Source: Desulfobacterales bacterium (lineage in GTDB: Bacteria > Desulfobacterota > Desulfobacteria > Desulfobacterales > UBA5852). From it: 64,000 nucleotides of DNA. The notes beneath the pieces are model-generated. The model saw only the letters and a program-made list of their open reading frames with translations. It did no database searches and was not told the DNA's origin. Below, in pieces: positions 30,057 to 39,368 of the stretch (positions within the stretch are counted from its first letter, which is position 1; each line of letters starts with the position of its first letter). Location of the stretch: the NCBI GenBank assembly GCA_963674755.2, contig CAXXVS010000001.1, forward strand, positions 1,088,001 through 1,152,000, read 5' to 3'. The position numbers and the translations under genes were made by a program.

Positions 30057-32431
30057 TGAATCACGACCTGGGTTGGCCCCTGACCGGGGCGGATGCGGAG
30101 CGTATGGCGCACGTCCTTGTAGCCGTCCCGGGCTCCAGCAATGGTGTAGGTGCCCGGGCGCAGTTCCAGCTGGCGGGTCGCAAACTGCCCCAACCGGCCG
30201 ATCCGATAGACGGTCACCACGGTCTGTTCATCGGATTTGAGGGTGACCACGACCGGGGTGCGGGCATTCTGCACCATCCGCTCCAGGGATGCAATCTGGG
30301 ATTGCAGGTGCGGCCCCCGGGGATCCAGGCGCTTCAGCTCGGTCAGCAGGTCCTCGGCCTCGGCCAGATAGGCGTCATGTCCCAGGTCGTCCGGATGGTC
30401 CATGTAGTAGGTCACCCGTTTTTCAAGGCGCAGCCGTTCCCCGGTCCGAACCACTCCCTGGGCGGCAAAGCGGACAGCCGGATCGATGCCCTGCACCTGG
30501 CGGTAGTATGCCAGGGCCTGGTCCCAGGCCTCATCGGACTCGGCCTTGCCGGCCAGCGTTCTTAGACGGGCGATGCGGTCCTCGCGGGCGGCGGTCTCGA
30601 TCTGGGTGAGGGCGTCGCGGGCTTCCGGGGCCTGTGGGTTAAAGGTCAGGGCCTTGTCGATTTCCCGCCGGGCCTCGTCATAGGCTTTACGGCCCAGCGC
30701 TGTCAGGCCGGCCGACATGTGGCGCTGGAACTGGTCGGCGGCAATCTGGTCCCGGACGCGGGGCACGGCCGTCCGGGCCGGCTGCCAGTCCGGATCCAGC
30801 GCCAGGGCGGCTTCGTAATCCGTCAGGGCCAGGGCCAGGCGGCCGGCGGTTTCCTGGGCCGCACCGGATGCCATCAGGGCGGTCACTTCCGCCACCTTGG
30901 CGGCCCGTGCGAGTCCCTCGCGGGCCACGCTGTTCTGAGGATCGATTTTAAGGGCCAGTTCGAAACTCCGTTTTGATTCGGCGCCGTCCCCCGCTTCCAG
31001 GGCCGCCCGGCCTTCCGCCAGGAGTCGGACCAGGGCTTCCGGGGCCCGGGCCGCAAGTTGACGCGCATCCCGCGCGGCAGTGGCGTAGTGCTCGGCTGCC
31101 GCGGCGAAGTCGGCCGCCAGGAAGGCTGCATCGCCGGCGTCGGCCTGTGCGCTGAGGGCGGCAAAGGCGTCCGCCCCCCATTGGGGTCCCCCGATGGCTT
31201 CAAGGTCGGTTTGGGCCTGACGCCAGTCGGCCAGCGCCTGTTCCGCTGTGTTCTCATCGACCGCCGACGGGGCGGAGGGGGCTACGGCCGCCGGCCGCGA
31301 TGGGGGCGGGGCGGGTTTTTCAGGGGTCGTGAGGGCGGCGGGTTTGGGCACCCATGGATGGCTTGCCAGATAGTGGAGCAGCCATCCACCCCCGGCCAGG
31401 AGCATGAGCCCCATCAGACCGAGGAAAACAGGGGCGCGCCACCCGGAACGTTTCGTCCCGGCGGGGTGGTCTTCAGGCCCTGTAAACGGCTGGGGGGCGA
31501 TGACGGTGGCCGCGGACCCGGAGGCCACTTCACGCCGTTCCGCTGTTTCGCCAGACGGAGGGATGGTTCGGCGGTCATGACGGGCCAGGAGCTGGTCCAG
31601 GGCGGCGGCCACGGCGGCCATGTCCCCGGGACGGTCTTCCCGCCGTTCGGCCAGGGTGCCGGCCAGCCATTCGATCCACTCGGCCGGTGCGCCGTTCCGG
31701 TCCTGGAGAGACCGCCGCAGGGCCGCGCGGCGCGCCTCGGGTTCAGGGGTGTCGTTCGCTGCGGAAGGCTCCAGGGCTTCCAGGAGGAGGACGCCGAAAC
31801 TATAGATGTCGTCGCCGGGGTGGGGCGGCCGGCCGGCGCGCTGCTGGGGGCTCATGCAGAACCGGGAACCGCCGGAATAGCGGATGGCGGGGTCCGACCC
31901 CATCTGCGCGACCCCGGCAATGCCGAAATCGGTCCAGTACGGGCGGGTCTGCCGGTCCAGCAGCAGGTTGCCGGCCTTGACGTCCCGATGGACCAGCCCC
32001 TTTTCATGAACATAGTCGAGGGCCCGGGCGGCCGGCACGAGGGGGCGCAGCCGCTCGATCCAGGGGCGCCCGGGCGCCTGGTTCCAGCGTTCGAAGCTGG
32101 GGCCGTCCACCCAGGCCATGGAGATAAAGACCGTGTCGCCGTCCTGGTGGAAGTCATAGACCTGCACGATATGCGGGTGATGGAGGCCGCGGGCCAGGCG
32201 GCATTCATTGCGGAGGAATTCCACCTGGGCCGGGACGGCGGCCAGCTCCGGGTGCAGCAGTTTGAGGGCGATGTCCAGACCGAGGGCCCGGTCCCGGGCT
32301 TGCCAGACTTCACCCATACCACCCTGCCCCAGGGGGTGGGACAGCTCGAAGCGCTCGATCAGCACCTGGCCGCGGCAGGCCTGCCATGATGCGCCGCGGG
32401 GCATCTCGTTGGTACGTCCGTCTTCTGTCAT
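30038..32431 (-). CDS. membrane Hanks-type Ser/Thr protein kinase with periplasmic TPR-like region
   Basis: LGQGGMGEV, ALK, HRDVKAGN, DFG, DIYSFG; TM helix, Pro-rich linker, TPR-like helices, C-terminal beta domain. Confidence 0.88.
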   Translation of the reverse strand: MTEDGRTNEMPRGASWQACRGQVLIERFELSHPLGQGGMGEVWQARDRALGLDIALKLLHPELAAVPAQVEFLRNECRLARGLHHPHIVQVYDFHQDGDTVFISMAWVDGPSFERWNQAPGRPWIERLRPLVPAARALDYVHEKGLVHRDVKAGNLLLDRQTRPYWTDFGIAGVAQMGSDPAIRYSGGSRFCMSPQQRAGRPPHPGDDIYSFGVLLLEALEPSAANDTPEPEARRAALRRSLQDRNGAPAEWIEWLAGTLAERREDRPGDMAAVAAALDQLLARHDRRTIPPSGETAERREVASGSAATVIAPQPFTGPEDHPAGTKRSGWRAPVFLGLMGLMLLAGGGWLLHYLASHPWVPKPAALTTPEKPAPPPSRPAAVAPSAPSAVDENTAEQALADWRQAQTDLEAIGGPQWGADAFAALSAQADAGDAAFLAADFAAAAEHYATAARDARQLAARAPEALVRLLAEGRAALEAGDGAESKRSFELALKIDPQNSVAREGLARAAKVAEVTALMASGAAQETAGRLALALTDYEAALALDPDWQPARTAVPRVRDQIAADQFQRHMSAGLTALGRKAYDEARREIDKALTFNPQAPEARDALTQIETAAREDRIARLRTLAGKAESDEAWDQALAYYRQVQGIDPAVRFAAQGVVRTGERLRLEKRVTYYMDHPDDLGHDAYLAEAEDLLTELKRLDPRGPHLQSQIASLERMVQNARTPVVVTLKSDEQTVVTVYRIGRLGQFATRQLELRPGTYTIAGARDGYKDVRHTLRIRPGQGPTQVVIQCTEKI

Positions 32432-32463
32432 GTCCCCCAAAGCCCCCCGTAAGGGGACATTCC

Positions 32464-33735
32464 TCAGCCGCCGATCGTTTCCGCCGGGATCGGGTCCGGG
32501 GCCACAAGGCCCGTTTCCCGCAGATAGATTTCCTTGAGCAGCCGGCGCCACTGGCGGTATTGTTCCTGGGCGCTGCCCGAGAGCTCGTGGATTTCGCCCT
32601 CGACGTCCATCAGAACCGGCGCCATGTCGGCGCCGAAAGATTCGCTGAGCTCCTGAATGGCGGCGGAATGCATTTCCGCCTGCTTGGAGATGTTCATCCC
32701 GCTCATGAAGACCTTGCCGCCGGAGATCACCAACAGCCCCTCCAGGATATTGGAACTGCTGCTGCCGCCGTAGATTTCCAGGGCGATGGCCGCGGCCACC
32801 AGCAGGGCGCCGCCGACCTTGTGCAGCAGGGCGGAATTTTCCACTTCTTCACGAGCCAGGCGTTCGGTCAGGTCCAGTTTGCGCCAGTTCTCGTAGGGCG
32901 GCCACATGCTGGCGTAAAAACCGTCGTAGTACTGGTTGAGCGTGTCGATGAACATGTAGTCCCGCTCGCGGATGGTCATGAGCCGCTGCATCAGGGGATC
33001 GTTGTCGGCCGGGAGACGTTTGGGCCGCAGCTGGCCCTCCTCGTTTTCCGCCAGGTAGTCGCCGTAGGCCTCGGGCGCGAAGTCCCGGGCGAATTTCAGC
33101 TGGGCGACCCGGCGAATCGTCAGGATTTCCTCGGGCGCCAGGCTGTCGCGATAGACCGCCATCTCGTTGGCGATAGTGTTGTAGAGATCCTGGAAAGCGT
33201 CCTTCTGCCAGGGCACGTTGTCCCGATAATTCTCCCCCGTGGCCTCGGCCTCGTACACCTCCTCGAACCACCGGCGTCCCGTGGCATCGGCCACGCTGAT
33301 TTTGAGCACCAGGGTCTGGCCGTTGGATTCGAGAATCTCCCCGTTGACCACCACGTCGTGGGTCTCACCGGCTTCGGGCAGCACCCGCACGGCTCCCCAC
33401 TGGGCGCTTTGCTGGAGGGTGTTGCGCAGGTGGCAGGGGATGAAATGATCCTCGGACTGGCGCACCTTGTTGTCGGTACCTTTGTCCTGGGCCTCCTCCT
33501 CGGTCATTTTGGGGCTGCTGAAGACCACCAGGCCCACATCGAGCAGTTCGGTTTCCGGGATTTCCGTCTGGGCGATCTGGATATCGGCCGGTGCAACCTT
33601 GCGGGCGTTATAAGAGGCGCAGCCGCTGGTGAGCAGGGAGAGGGCGTAGAGGCCCACGACGAAGCCCGCCGTCCAACGGCGCCGCCGTCCAAGCGGCCCG
33701 CGCGGCCGTCGCCAACCGATGCGGCCCCACATCAT
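32464..33735 (-). CDS. hypothetical lipoprotein
   Basis: Basic N-region and lipobox LTSGC; TGATG overlap with upstream gene; glycine-zipper-like hydrophobic stretch near C-terminus. Confidence 0.75.
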   Translation of the reverse strand: MMWGRIGWRRPRGPLGRRRRWTAGFVVGLYALSLLTSGCASYNARKVAPADIQIAQTEIPETELLDVGLVVFSSPKMTEEEAQDKGTDNKVRQSEDHFIPCHLRNTLQQSAQWGAVRVLPEAGETHDVVVNGEILESNGQTLVLKISVADATGRRWFEEVYEAEATGENYRDNVPWQKDAFQDLYNTIANEMAVYRDSLAPEEILTIRRVAQLKFARDFAPEAYGDYLAENEEGQLRPKRLPADNDPLMQRLMTIRERDYMFIDTLNQYYDGFYASMWPPYENWRKLDLTERLAREEVENSALLHKVGGALLVAAAIALEIYGGSSSSNILEGLLVISGGKVFMSGMNISKQAEMHSAAIQELSESFGADMAPVLMDVEGEIHELSGSAQEQYRQWRRLLKEIYLRETGLVAPDPIPAETIGG

Positions 33736-34649
33736 CAGAGCCCCTTTTTGTAGTCGTAATATTCCTTCCAAAGCTTTTCTTTCAGCGCGGGATCGGTTTC
33801 CTTCTCGGCGGCTTCGCGCAGCTGCCGGGCCACGATGTCGTCATCCTGGGCGGCCTCGGCTTGCGCGCCGTCTCCGGCCGGGGCCTGGCCCCCCTGGCCC
33901 GGGGCGGGTTTGACGCGGGCTTTGTCCCGGTAGCGCCCTCCGCCGGTTTCCTGGGGGCCGCCTTCCTGGGCTGCCGCTTCGTCGTTATTCCCCTCCAGGC
34001 CTTCCGTGCCGCCTTCCCCGGAAGTGTTGCCGGTTTCCTCCCCGCCGCCGGAGGAGGAGGTGCCGCTTTCCAGGCCGGTCTCGCTTCCTTCGCTGCCCTC
34101 AGCGCCGCCTCCCTCGTCTTCCCTGAGGCTGCGGGCGGCCTGGGCCGCTTCCTGGGCGAGCTGCTTCATTTTCAGTTCGGACTGGACGCGGGCCACTTCG
34201 CTTTCGGTCAGGAGCATGTCGTCGAACGCGGCGATGGACTGATCCAGCTCCCGCTGGAGGGCCCGCAGCTTATCGAGTTCCCGGTCTTCCGGGATGTCGA
34301 GATCGGGCGGGGGCGGGTCGGGTGCGGCCGGGTGGACGCCGGCCGCCGATGCGGGCCGCGGGCGGGCTTTTTCCAACTGGAGGACCTGTTTCCGTTTTTC
34401 CTCGGTAAGCTGCCGGACCCGGTCCAGATAGGTTTCATAGAGTGCGATGCGCTCCGGGGAGGTTTCGCCGGACGCGCGGTAGCGGTTGAGTTCGTCCAAA
34501 ATCCGCTGTTCGGTGGCCCTGCCGATTTCAAGCGCCCGCCGCGCCTCGGTCAGACGTTCCGCCGGGGAGAGGGCCAACCCGGGCGGGCACAGCAGCAGCC
34601 CGAGGGCCACCAGGACCACCGCGGTGATGACGGGGCGCGGCGCTGTCAT
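33735..34649 (-). CDS. exported coiled-coil protein with acidic Gly-rich linker and C-terminal DDDIVARQLREAA..E.DP.LKEKLW.EY motif
   Basis: RBS GGAGAGG; signal peptide; low-complexity G/E/S region. Confidence 0.75.
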   Translation of the reverse strand: MTAPRPVITAVVLVALGLLLCPPGLALSPAERLTEARRALEIGRATEQRILDELNRYRASGETSPERIALYETYLDRVRQLTEEKRKQVLQLEKARPRPASAAGVHPAAPDPPPPDLDIPEDRELDKLRALQRELDQSIAAFDDMLLTESEVARVQSELKMKQLAQEAAQAARSLREDEGGGAEGSEGSETGLESGTSSSGGGEETGNTSGEGGTEGLEGNNDEAAAQEGGPQETGGGRYRDKARVKPAPGQGGQAPAGDGAQAEAAQDDDIVARQLREAAEKETDPALKEKLWKEYYDYKKGL

Positions 34650-34744
34650 CGGGCCTCTCCCTTCCACGCAAGCCACATGGTAAAAGCCGGCTGTGAAGCG
34701 CTGCCGATCAGGGGCGCGATCGCTTCCGGTTCCGGACGGTGATG

Positions 34745-34799
34745 GATATTGATAACCATTATTAATGGTGTGCTTAGTGGTTTGCGCCGCCGGTGTCAA
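34745..34799 (-). promoter_or_regulatory. sigma70-like promoter with Fur-like box
   Basis: TTGACA (34799-34794)-17-TAAGCA; GATATTGATAACCATTATT (34745-34763) matches 16/19 of GATAATGATAATCATTATC. Confidence 0.6.
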
Positions 34800-34939
34800 G
34801 CGCCGGCAGGGGCGCTGCCCATGGGCCGGCCTTAAAAGGGGGTCGGCCCGTGCTTAGTGGGGGCAGCGTATGGCTGTCTGGGCACGTTCCGTATCCGGGC
34901 CGGCCGCCAGGTGCGTTGCGGCCGGCCCGGTTCCGGGGA

Positions 34940-37666
34940 TTATTGCTTGTCCCGCAGAGCCGCGTGGGCGGCGGCCAGCCGGGCCACCGGCACCCGGTAG
35001 GGGGAGCAGGAGACGTAGTCGAGCCCCAGGTGGTGGCATTGGATGATGGAATCCGGGTCGCCGCCGTGCTCGCCGCAGATGCCGCATTCCAGATCCGGAT
35101 TGACGCTGCGTCCTTTCCGGATGGCAATGGCCATCAATTCCCCCACCCCGTCTTCGTCGATGGTGGCAAAGGGGTTGTTGGGCAGGATCTTGTTTTCCAT
35201 GTAGTCCACCAGGAAGCCGGTTTCGGCGTCGTCCCGGGAGAGGCCGAAGGTGGTCTGGGTCAGGTCGTTGGTGCCGAAGGAGAAGAACCCGGCATAGCCC
35301 GCGATCTGGTCGGCCGTGAGGGCCGCCCGGGGGATTTCGATCATCGTGCCGAACTTGTAGGCCACCTCCATGCCCTGTTCGTCCATCACCTTGCGGGCCT
35401 CCTCTTCAAGGATGTCGCGCTGGTATTTCAGCTCGTTGACGTGGCTGATGAGCGGAATCATGATTTCGGGCTGAACGTCGACGCCTTCCCGGGTAACCTC
35501 GCAGGCCGCCTCGAAGACGGCCCGCACCTGCATGGTGGTCAACTCGGGCACCAGCATGCCCAGGCGCACCCCGCGCAGTCCCAGCATGGGGTTGTCCTCG
35601 CGCAGGCTTTCCACCCGTTTGAGGATGCGGGTCTTCTTCTGGTACTCGTCCAGGAGCCCGTCGATGGCTTCCAGATCGGCGGCGTGCTGCAGGCGGATTT
35701 TCAGATCGGAGAGCTCTTTGAGCAGGACGACATAGTTGGGCAGAAATTCATGCAGCGGGGGGTCGATCAGCCGGATGATGACCGGCAGGCCTTCCATGGC
35801 GCGGAACAGGCCGGCAAAATCCTCCCGCTGGAAGGGCAGCAGGGCCCCCAGGGCTTCCCGCCGTTCCACGGGCAGGTCCGCCATGATCATTTTCTGGATA
35901 TGGGGCAGCCGGTCGGTTTCGAAGAACATGTGCTCGGTGCGGCACAGCCCGATGCCTTCGGCGCCGTATTCCCGGGCCCGGAGGGCATCCTCGGGATAGT
36001 CGGCGTTGGTGCGGACCCCCAGGTGGCGGTACTGATCGGCCCAGGACAAGAGCTTGATCAGCCAGGGGTCCTTGATGTGGGGGGCCGTGGTGGTCAATTG
36101 CCCGCTGTAGAGCTCACCGATGGTGCCGTCGATGGAGATCCAGTCGCCTTCATGAATGGTGTGCTCGCCGATCAGGATGCGCCGTTTGGCCATATCGATC
36201 TTGAGCTGGGAGACGCCCACCACGGCGGGTTTGCCGAACTGGCGGGCCACCAGGGCGGCGTGGCTGGTGCGCCCCCCCCGGCTGGTGAGAATGCCCTTGG
36301 CAGCCAGCATGCCGTGCACGTCGTCGGGTTTGGTTTCCGGCCGCACCATGATGACGGCACGGCCCTCGTCCTTGGCCCAGTGCTCCGCCAGATCGGCTTC
36401 CAGGGCCACCACGCCCACCGCCGCCCCGGGGGAGACGTTGAGCCCGCGGGCCAGCATCTGGCCCATTTCACGGGCCGCCTGGACCGACTCCAGGCTGAAC
36501 TGGGGATGGAGGAAGAAATCCACCTGATCCGGGCTTACCCGCAGCACGGCTTCCTCCCGGGAGATCAGGCCCTCTTCGGCCATTTCCACGGCAATGCGCA
36601 CGGCGGCCTGGGCGGTGCGCTTCCCGTCGCGGGTCTGGAGCATCCAGAGGCGGCCTTCTTCAATGGTGAATTCCATGTCCTGCATCTCGCGGTAGTGCTT
36701 TTCCAGCCGTTCGGCGATATCGATGAGCTCCTGGTAGGCCTGCGGCATTTCGTCTTTCAGTTGGGAGATGTCGCGCGTCATGCGGATGCCGGCCACCACG
36801 TCCTCTCCCTGGGCGTTGGTCAGGTAGTCGCCCTCGACGGCCTTTTCTCCGGTGGATCCGTTGCGCGTCATGGCCACGCCGGTGGCGCTGGTCTCCCCCA
36901 GGTTGCCGAAGACCATGGTGACGATGTTGACCGCGGTGCCCAGGTCGTGGGCGATACCGGCGGCATTGCGGTAATCGATGGCGCGTTTGCCGTTCCAGCT
37001 CTTGAACACGGCTTCGGTGGCCAGGCGCAGCTGGTTGTAAGGATCCTGGGGGAATTCCATTTTGGCGTGCCGGTAAAAAATGGACTTGAAGTCTTCGACG
37101 ACGCCCCGCAGGGTTTCGGGCGGCAGTTCGGCGTCGTTTTCCACCTGGTTTTGCTGGCGGGCTTTGGCCAGCACCTCTTCGAAAAAGTCGTCCGAAATCT
37201 CCATGACCACGCTGCCGAACATCTGAACCAGGCGACGGTAGGCGTCGTAGACGAAGCGCGGGTCGTTGGTGAGCGCGATCATGCCCTCGATCGTCTCGTC
37301 GTTCAGGCCGATATTGAGCACGGTGTCCATCATGCCGGGCATGGAAAATTTGGCGCCGCTGCGGCAGGAGACCAGCAACGGCCGGGCCGGGTCTCCGAAG
37401 ACTTTGCCGCTGGTCTTTTCCACGGCCTTTAAGGCGTTCAGCAGCTGGTCCCACATGCCCTCGGGAAAGATGTTGCCTGCTTCGAGATAGGCATTGCAGG
37501 CCTCGGTGGTGATGGTAAACCCCGGGGGCACGGGCATGCCGATGCGGGCCATCTCGGCCAGGTTGGCGCCCTTGCCGCCCAGGAGCCCGCGAACCGCTTC
37601 CCAGTCGCCGCCGGCTTTGGCCTGTATTTCTTCCACCTCGTCAAACCCATAGACCCATTTTGTCAT
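34940..37666 (-). CDS. ppdK: pyruvate, phosphate dikinase
   Basis: LGGKGANL, SMPGMMDT, GGRTSHAA (phospho-His), GLCRTEHMF, FSFGTNDLTQ, GICGEHGG. Confidence 0.96.
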   Translation of the reverse strand: MTKWVYGFDEVEEIQAKAGGDWEAVRGLLGGKGANLAEMARIGMPVPPGFTITTEACNAYLEAGNIFPEGMWDQLLNALKAVEKTSGKVFGDPARPLLVSCRSGAKFSMPGMMDTVLNIGLNDETIEGMIALTNDPRFVYDAYRRLVQMFGSVVMEISDDFFEEVLAKARQQNQVENDAELPPETLRGVVEDFKSIFYRHAKMEFPQDPYNQLRLATEAVFKSWNGKRAIDYRNAAGIAHDLGTAVNIVTMVFGNLGETSATGVAMTRNGSTGEKAVEGDYLTNAQGEDVVAGIRMTRDISQLKDEMPQAYQELIDIAERLEKHYREMQDMEFTIEEGRLWMLQTRDGKRTAQAAVRIAVEMAEEGLISREEAVLRVSPDQVDFFLHPQFSLESVQAAREMGQMLARGLNVSPGAAVGVVALEADLAEHWAKDEGRAVIMVRPETKPDDVHGMLAAKGILTSRGGRTSHAALVARQFGKPAVVGVSQLKIDMAKRRILIGEHTIHEGDWISIDGTIGELYSGQLTTTAPHIKDPWLIKLLSWADQYRHLGVRTNADYPEDALRAREYGAEGIGLCRTEHMFFETDRLPHIQKMIMADLPVERREALGALLPFQREDFAGLFRAMEGLPVIIRLIDPPLHEFLPNYVVLLKELSDLKIRLQHAADLEAIDGLLDEYQKKTRILKRVESLREDNPMLGLRGVRLGMLVPELTTMQVRAVFEAACEVTREGVDVQPEIMIPLISHVNELKYQRDILEEEARKVMDEQGMEVAYKFGTMIEIPRAALTADQIAGYAGFFSFGTNDLTQTTFGLSRDDAETGFLVDYMENKILPNNPFATIDEDGVGELMAIAIRKGRSVNPDLECGICGEHGGDPDSIIQCHHLGLDYVSCSPYRVPVARLAAAHAALRDKQ

Positions 37667-37982
37667 TTTCGACCCCTTTCGCAATGAAGTGCAATATCCC
37701 GCTGCAGGCGGCAAATTGTCTGCGCCCGCGGCTCGATGCAATATAACGTTGGATAAGCCCGGAGGATGATCAGAAGCCGTCCAGCAAACTGAACGGCGCG
37801 TGGTATACCGAGTGTGAGCACCTGTCAGCGACGCTGCTAAAATTATATGTCATGGCACGAAAACCTGTCAATCACTCTGACGATCTGATTGGGGTGGCCG
37901 GGGTTAAGCCGTCTAAATGGCTGAAATAGCACAAAGTTATAATGAATAAGGAGCGTAACATTCCCACCGGATGGTGCTACGT

Positions 37983-38186
37983 CTATACGTCTGGAGCTCC
38001 GGAGTGCCTCTTTTGCGCTTCCGCCTGCCCTTCAAAAAGAACGGCACCTGATACGGCGATAAGGATGATCATGACGGTTCCTAAAATCCAGGCAAAATAC
38101 CAGGGCGCCATATCTCCCAGTAAAATGGAGAGCAGGAGTATGACGGCGGCGATCACAAAATAGACCAAAAACTTCAGTAGTCCCAT
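37983..38186 (-). CDS. cydX: cytochrome bd small subunit CydX-like protein with extra N-terminal TM
   Basis: Internal WYFAWILGT..E equals the CydX signature; directly after cydB; RBS GAGGAG. Confidence 0.7.
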   Translation of the reverse strand: MGLLKFLVYFVIAAVILLLSILLGDMAPWYFAWILGTVMIILIAVSGAVLFEGQAEAQKRHSGAPDV

Positions 38187-38222
38187 GGGGTTCTCCTCAG
38201 AAATGGGTCACAGGATTCCTTC

Positions 38223-39347
38223 TCAGTAAGAATGATCCGGATCGACCTCGGCGACCTTCCCGCGCATAACCCAGAACGCCCAGCTGGTATAGGCGATGAC
38301 GGCGGGGACGAAAATAGCCGCAACGCCCAGCATCCAGGCCAGGGTGGGCAGGCTGGAGGAGGCATCCCATACCGTCAGGCTTTGCGAGGGGTGACTGACG
38401 GACGGCATGAGAAAGGGGAACATGGCCCCGAAGACCGTTCCGATGATGCTGATCCAGCCAAGGGCTCCCAGCCACCAGGCGACATGGGAGCGGCCTTTGA
38501 AAATCATGAAGACACCCGACAAAATGGCGGTGTACGTCAACAGGGGGAGAATCCAGAGCACCGGTTGGGCCCGGAAGTTGTTCAACCAGGCCCCGGAAAC
38601 GATTTCCACGGTCTTATGCAGGGGATTGGCGGCGCCGTTTGGCAAGGCACCGCCGGTAATCACAAAGCCGTCCAGCCGGCCGGCCCAGATGCCTACCAGG
38701 GTGAAAAGGACCATGGCCAGGAGCCCGAAGGTGATGGCCGCCCGCCGCGCCCGGTCAAAAAGGATTCCCTCCGTCCGGTTCATGATCATGCTGCCCCCCT
38801 GGTAGACCGCCATGGAGACGGAGAGCAATCCGGCCAGAATGGCAAACGGGTTGAAGAGGGACAGGAAGCTGCCGGTGTAGTAGGACTGCATGTTCCAGCC
38901 GAAATGGAAGGGCACCCCCTGGAGCATGTTGCCTATGGCCGCCCCGTAAACGAGCATGGGGACAAAACCGCTGATAAAAAGGCTCCAGTCCCAGAGGTTG
39001 CGCCACCGGGCCGAGGGCAGTTTGCTCCTGTATTCGAAGCCCAGCGGCCTCACGATCATGCTCCAGAGCAGGATCAGCATGACCACGTAGAGCCCTGAGA
39101 AGGCCGTGGCATAGATGGTCGGCCAGGCGGCAAAAATGGCGCCTCCCCCCAGAATAAACCAAACCTGGTTGCCGTCCCAGTGGGGGCCGATGACGTTTAA
39201 CACAATCCTGCGTTCATTGTCGGTTCGCGCGACATAGCGGAGGATGGTCCCGACCCCCATGTCCATGCCCACCATGATGGCCAGCCCCGCGAGCAAGACG
39301 CCCAGAAGCACCCACCACGTCAATTTAAGCAGCGCATACGCTTCCAT
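38223..39347 (-). CDS. cydB: cytochrome bd ubiquinol oxidase subunit II
   Basis: GPHWDGNQVW, FEYRSK, YTSW motifs. Confidence 0.95.
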   Translation of the reverse strand: MEAYALLKLTWWVLLGVLLAGLAIMVGMDMGVGTILRYVARTDNERRIVLNVIGPHWDGNQVWFILGGGAIFAAWPTIYATAFSGLYVVMLILLWSMIVRPLGFEYRSKLPSARWRNLWDWSLFISGFVPMLVYGAAIGNMLQGVPFHFGWNMQSYYTGSFLSLFNPFAILAGLLSVSMAVYQGGSMIMNRTEGILFDRARRAAITFGLLAMVLFTLVGIWAGRLDGFVITGGALPNGAANPLHKTVEIVSGAWLNNFRAQPVLWILPLLTYTAILSGVFMIFKGRSHVAWWLGALGWISIIGTVFGAMFPFLMPSVSHPSQSLTVWDASSSLPTLAWMLGVAAIFVPAVIAYTSWAFWVMRGKVAEVDPDHSY

Positions 39348-39368
39348 CTCTTTTCCTTTTCTGTCTGC

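Noticed and set aside
34793..37432. 879-aa plus-strand ORF
   Set aside because: Antisense shadow of ppdK, expected in high-GC DNA; no recognisable motifs.
37853..37870. TGGCAC as a sigma54 promoter
   Set aside because: No TTGC -12 element at the required spacing.
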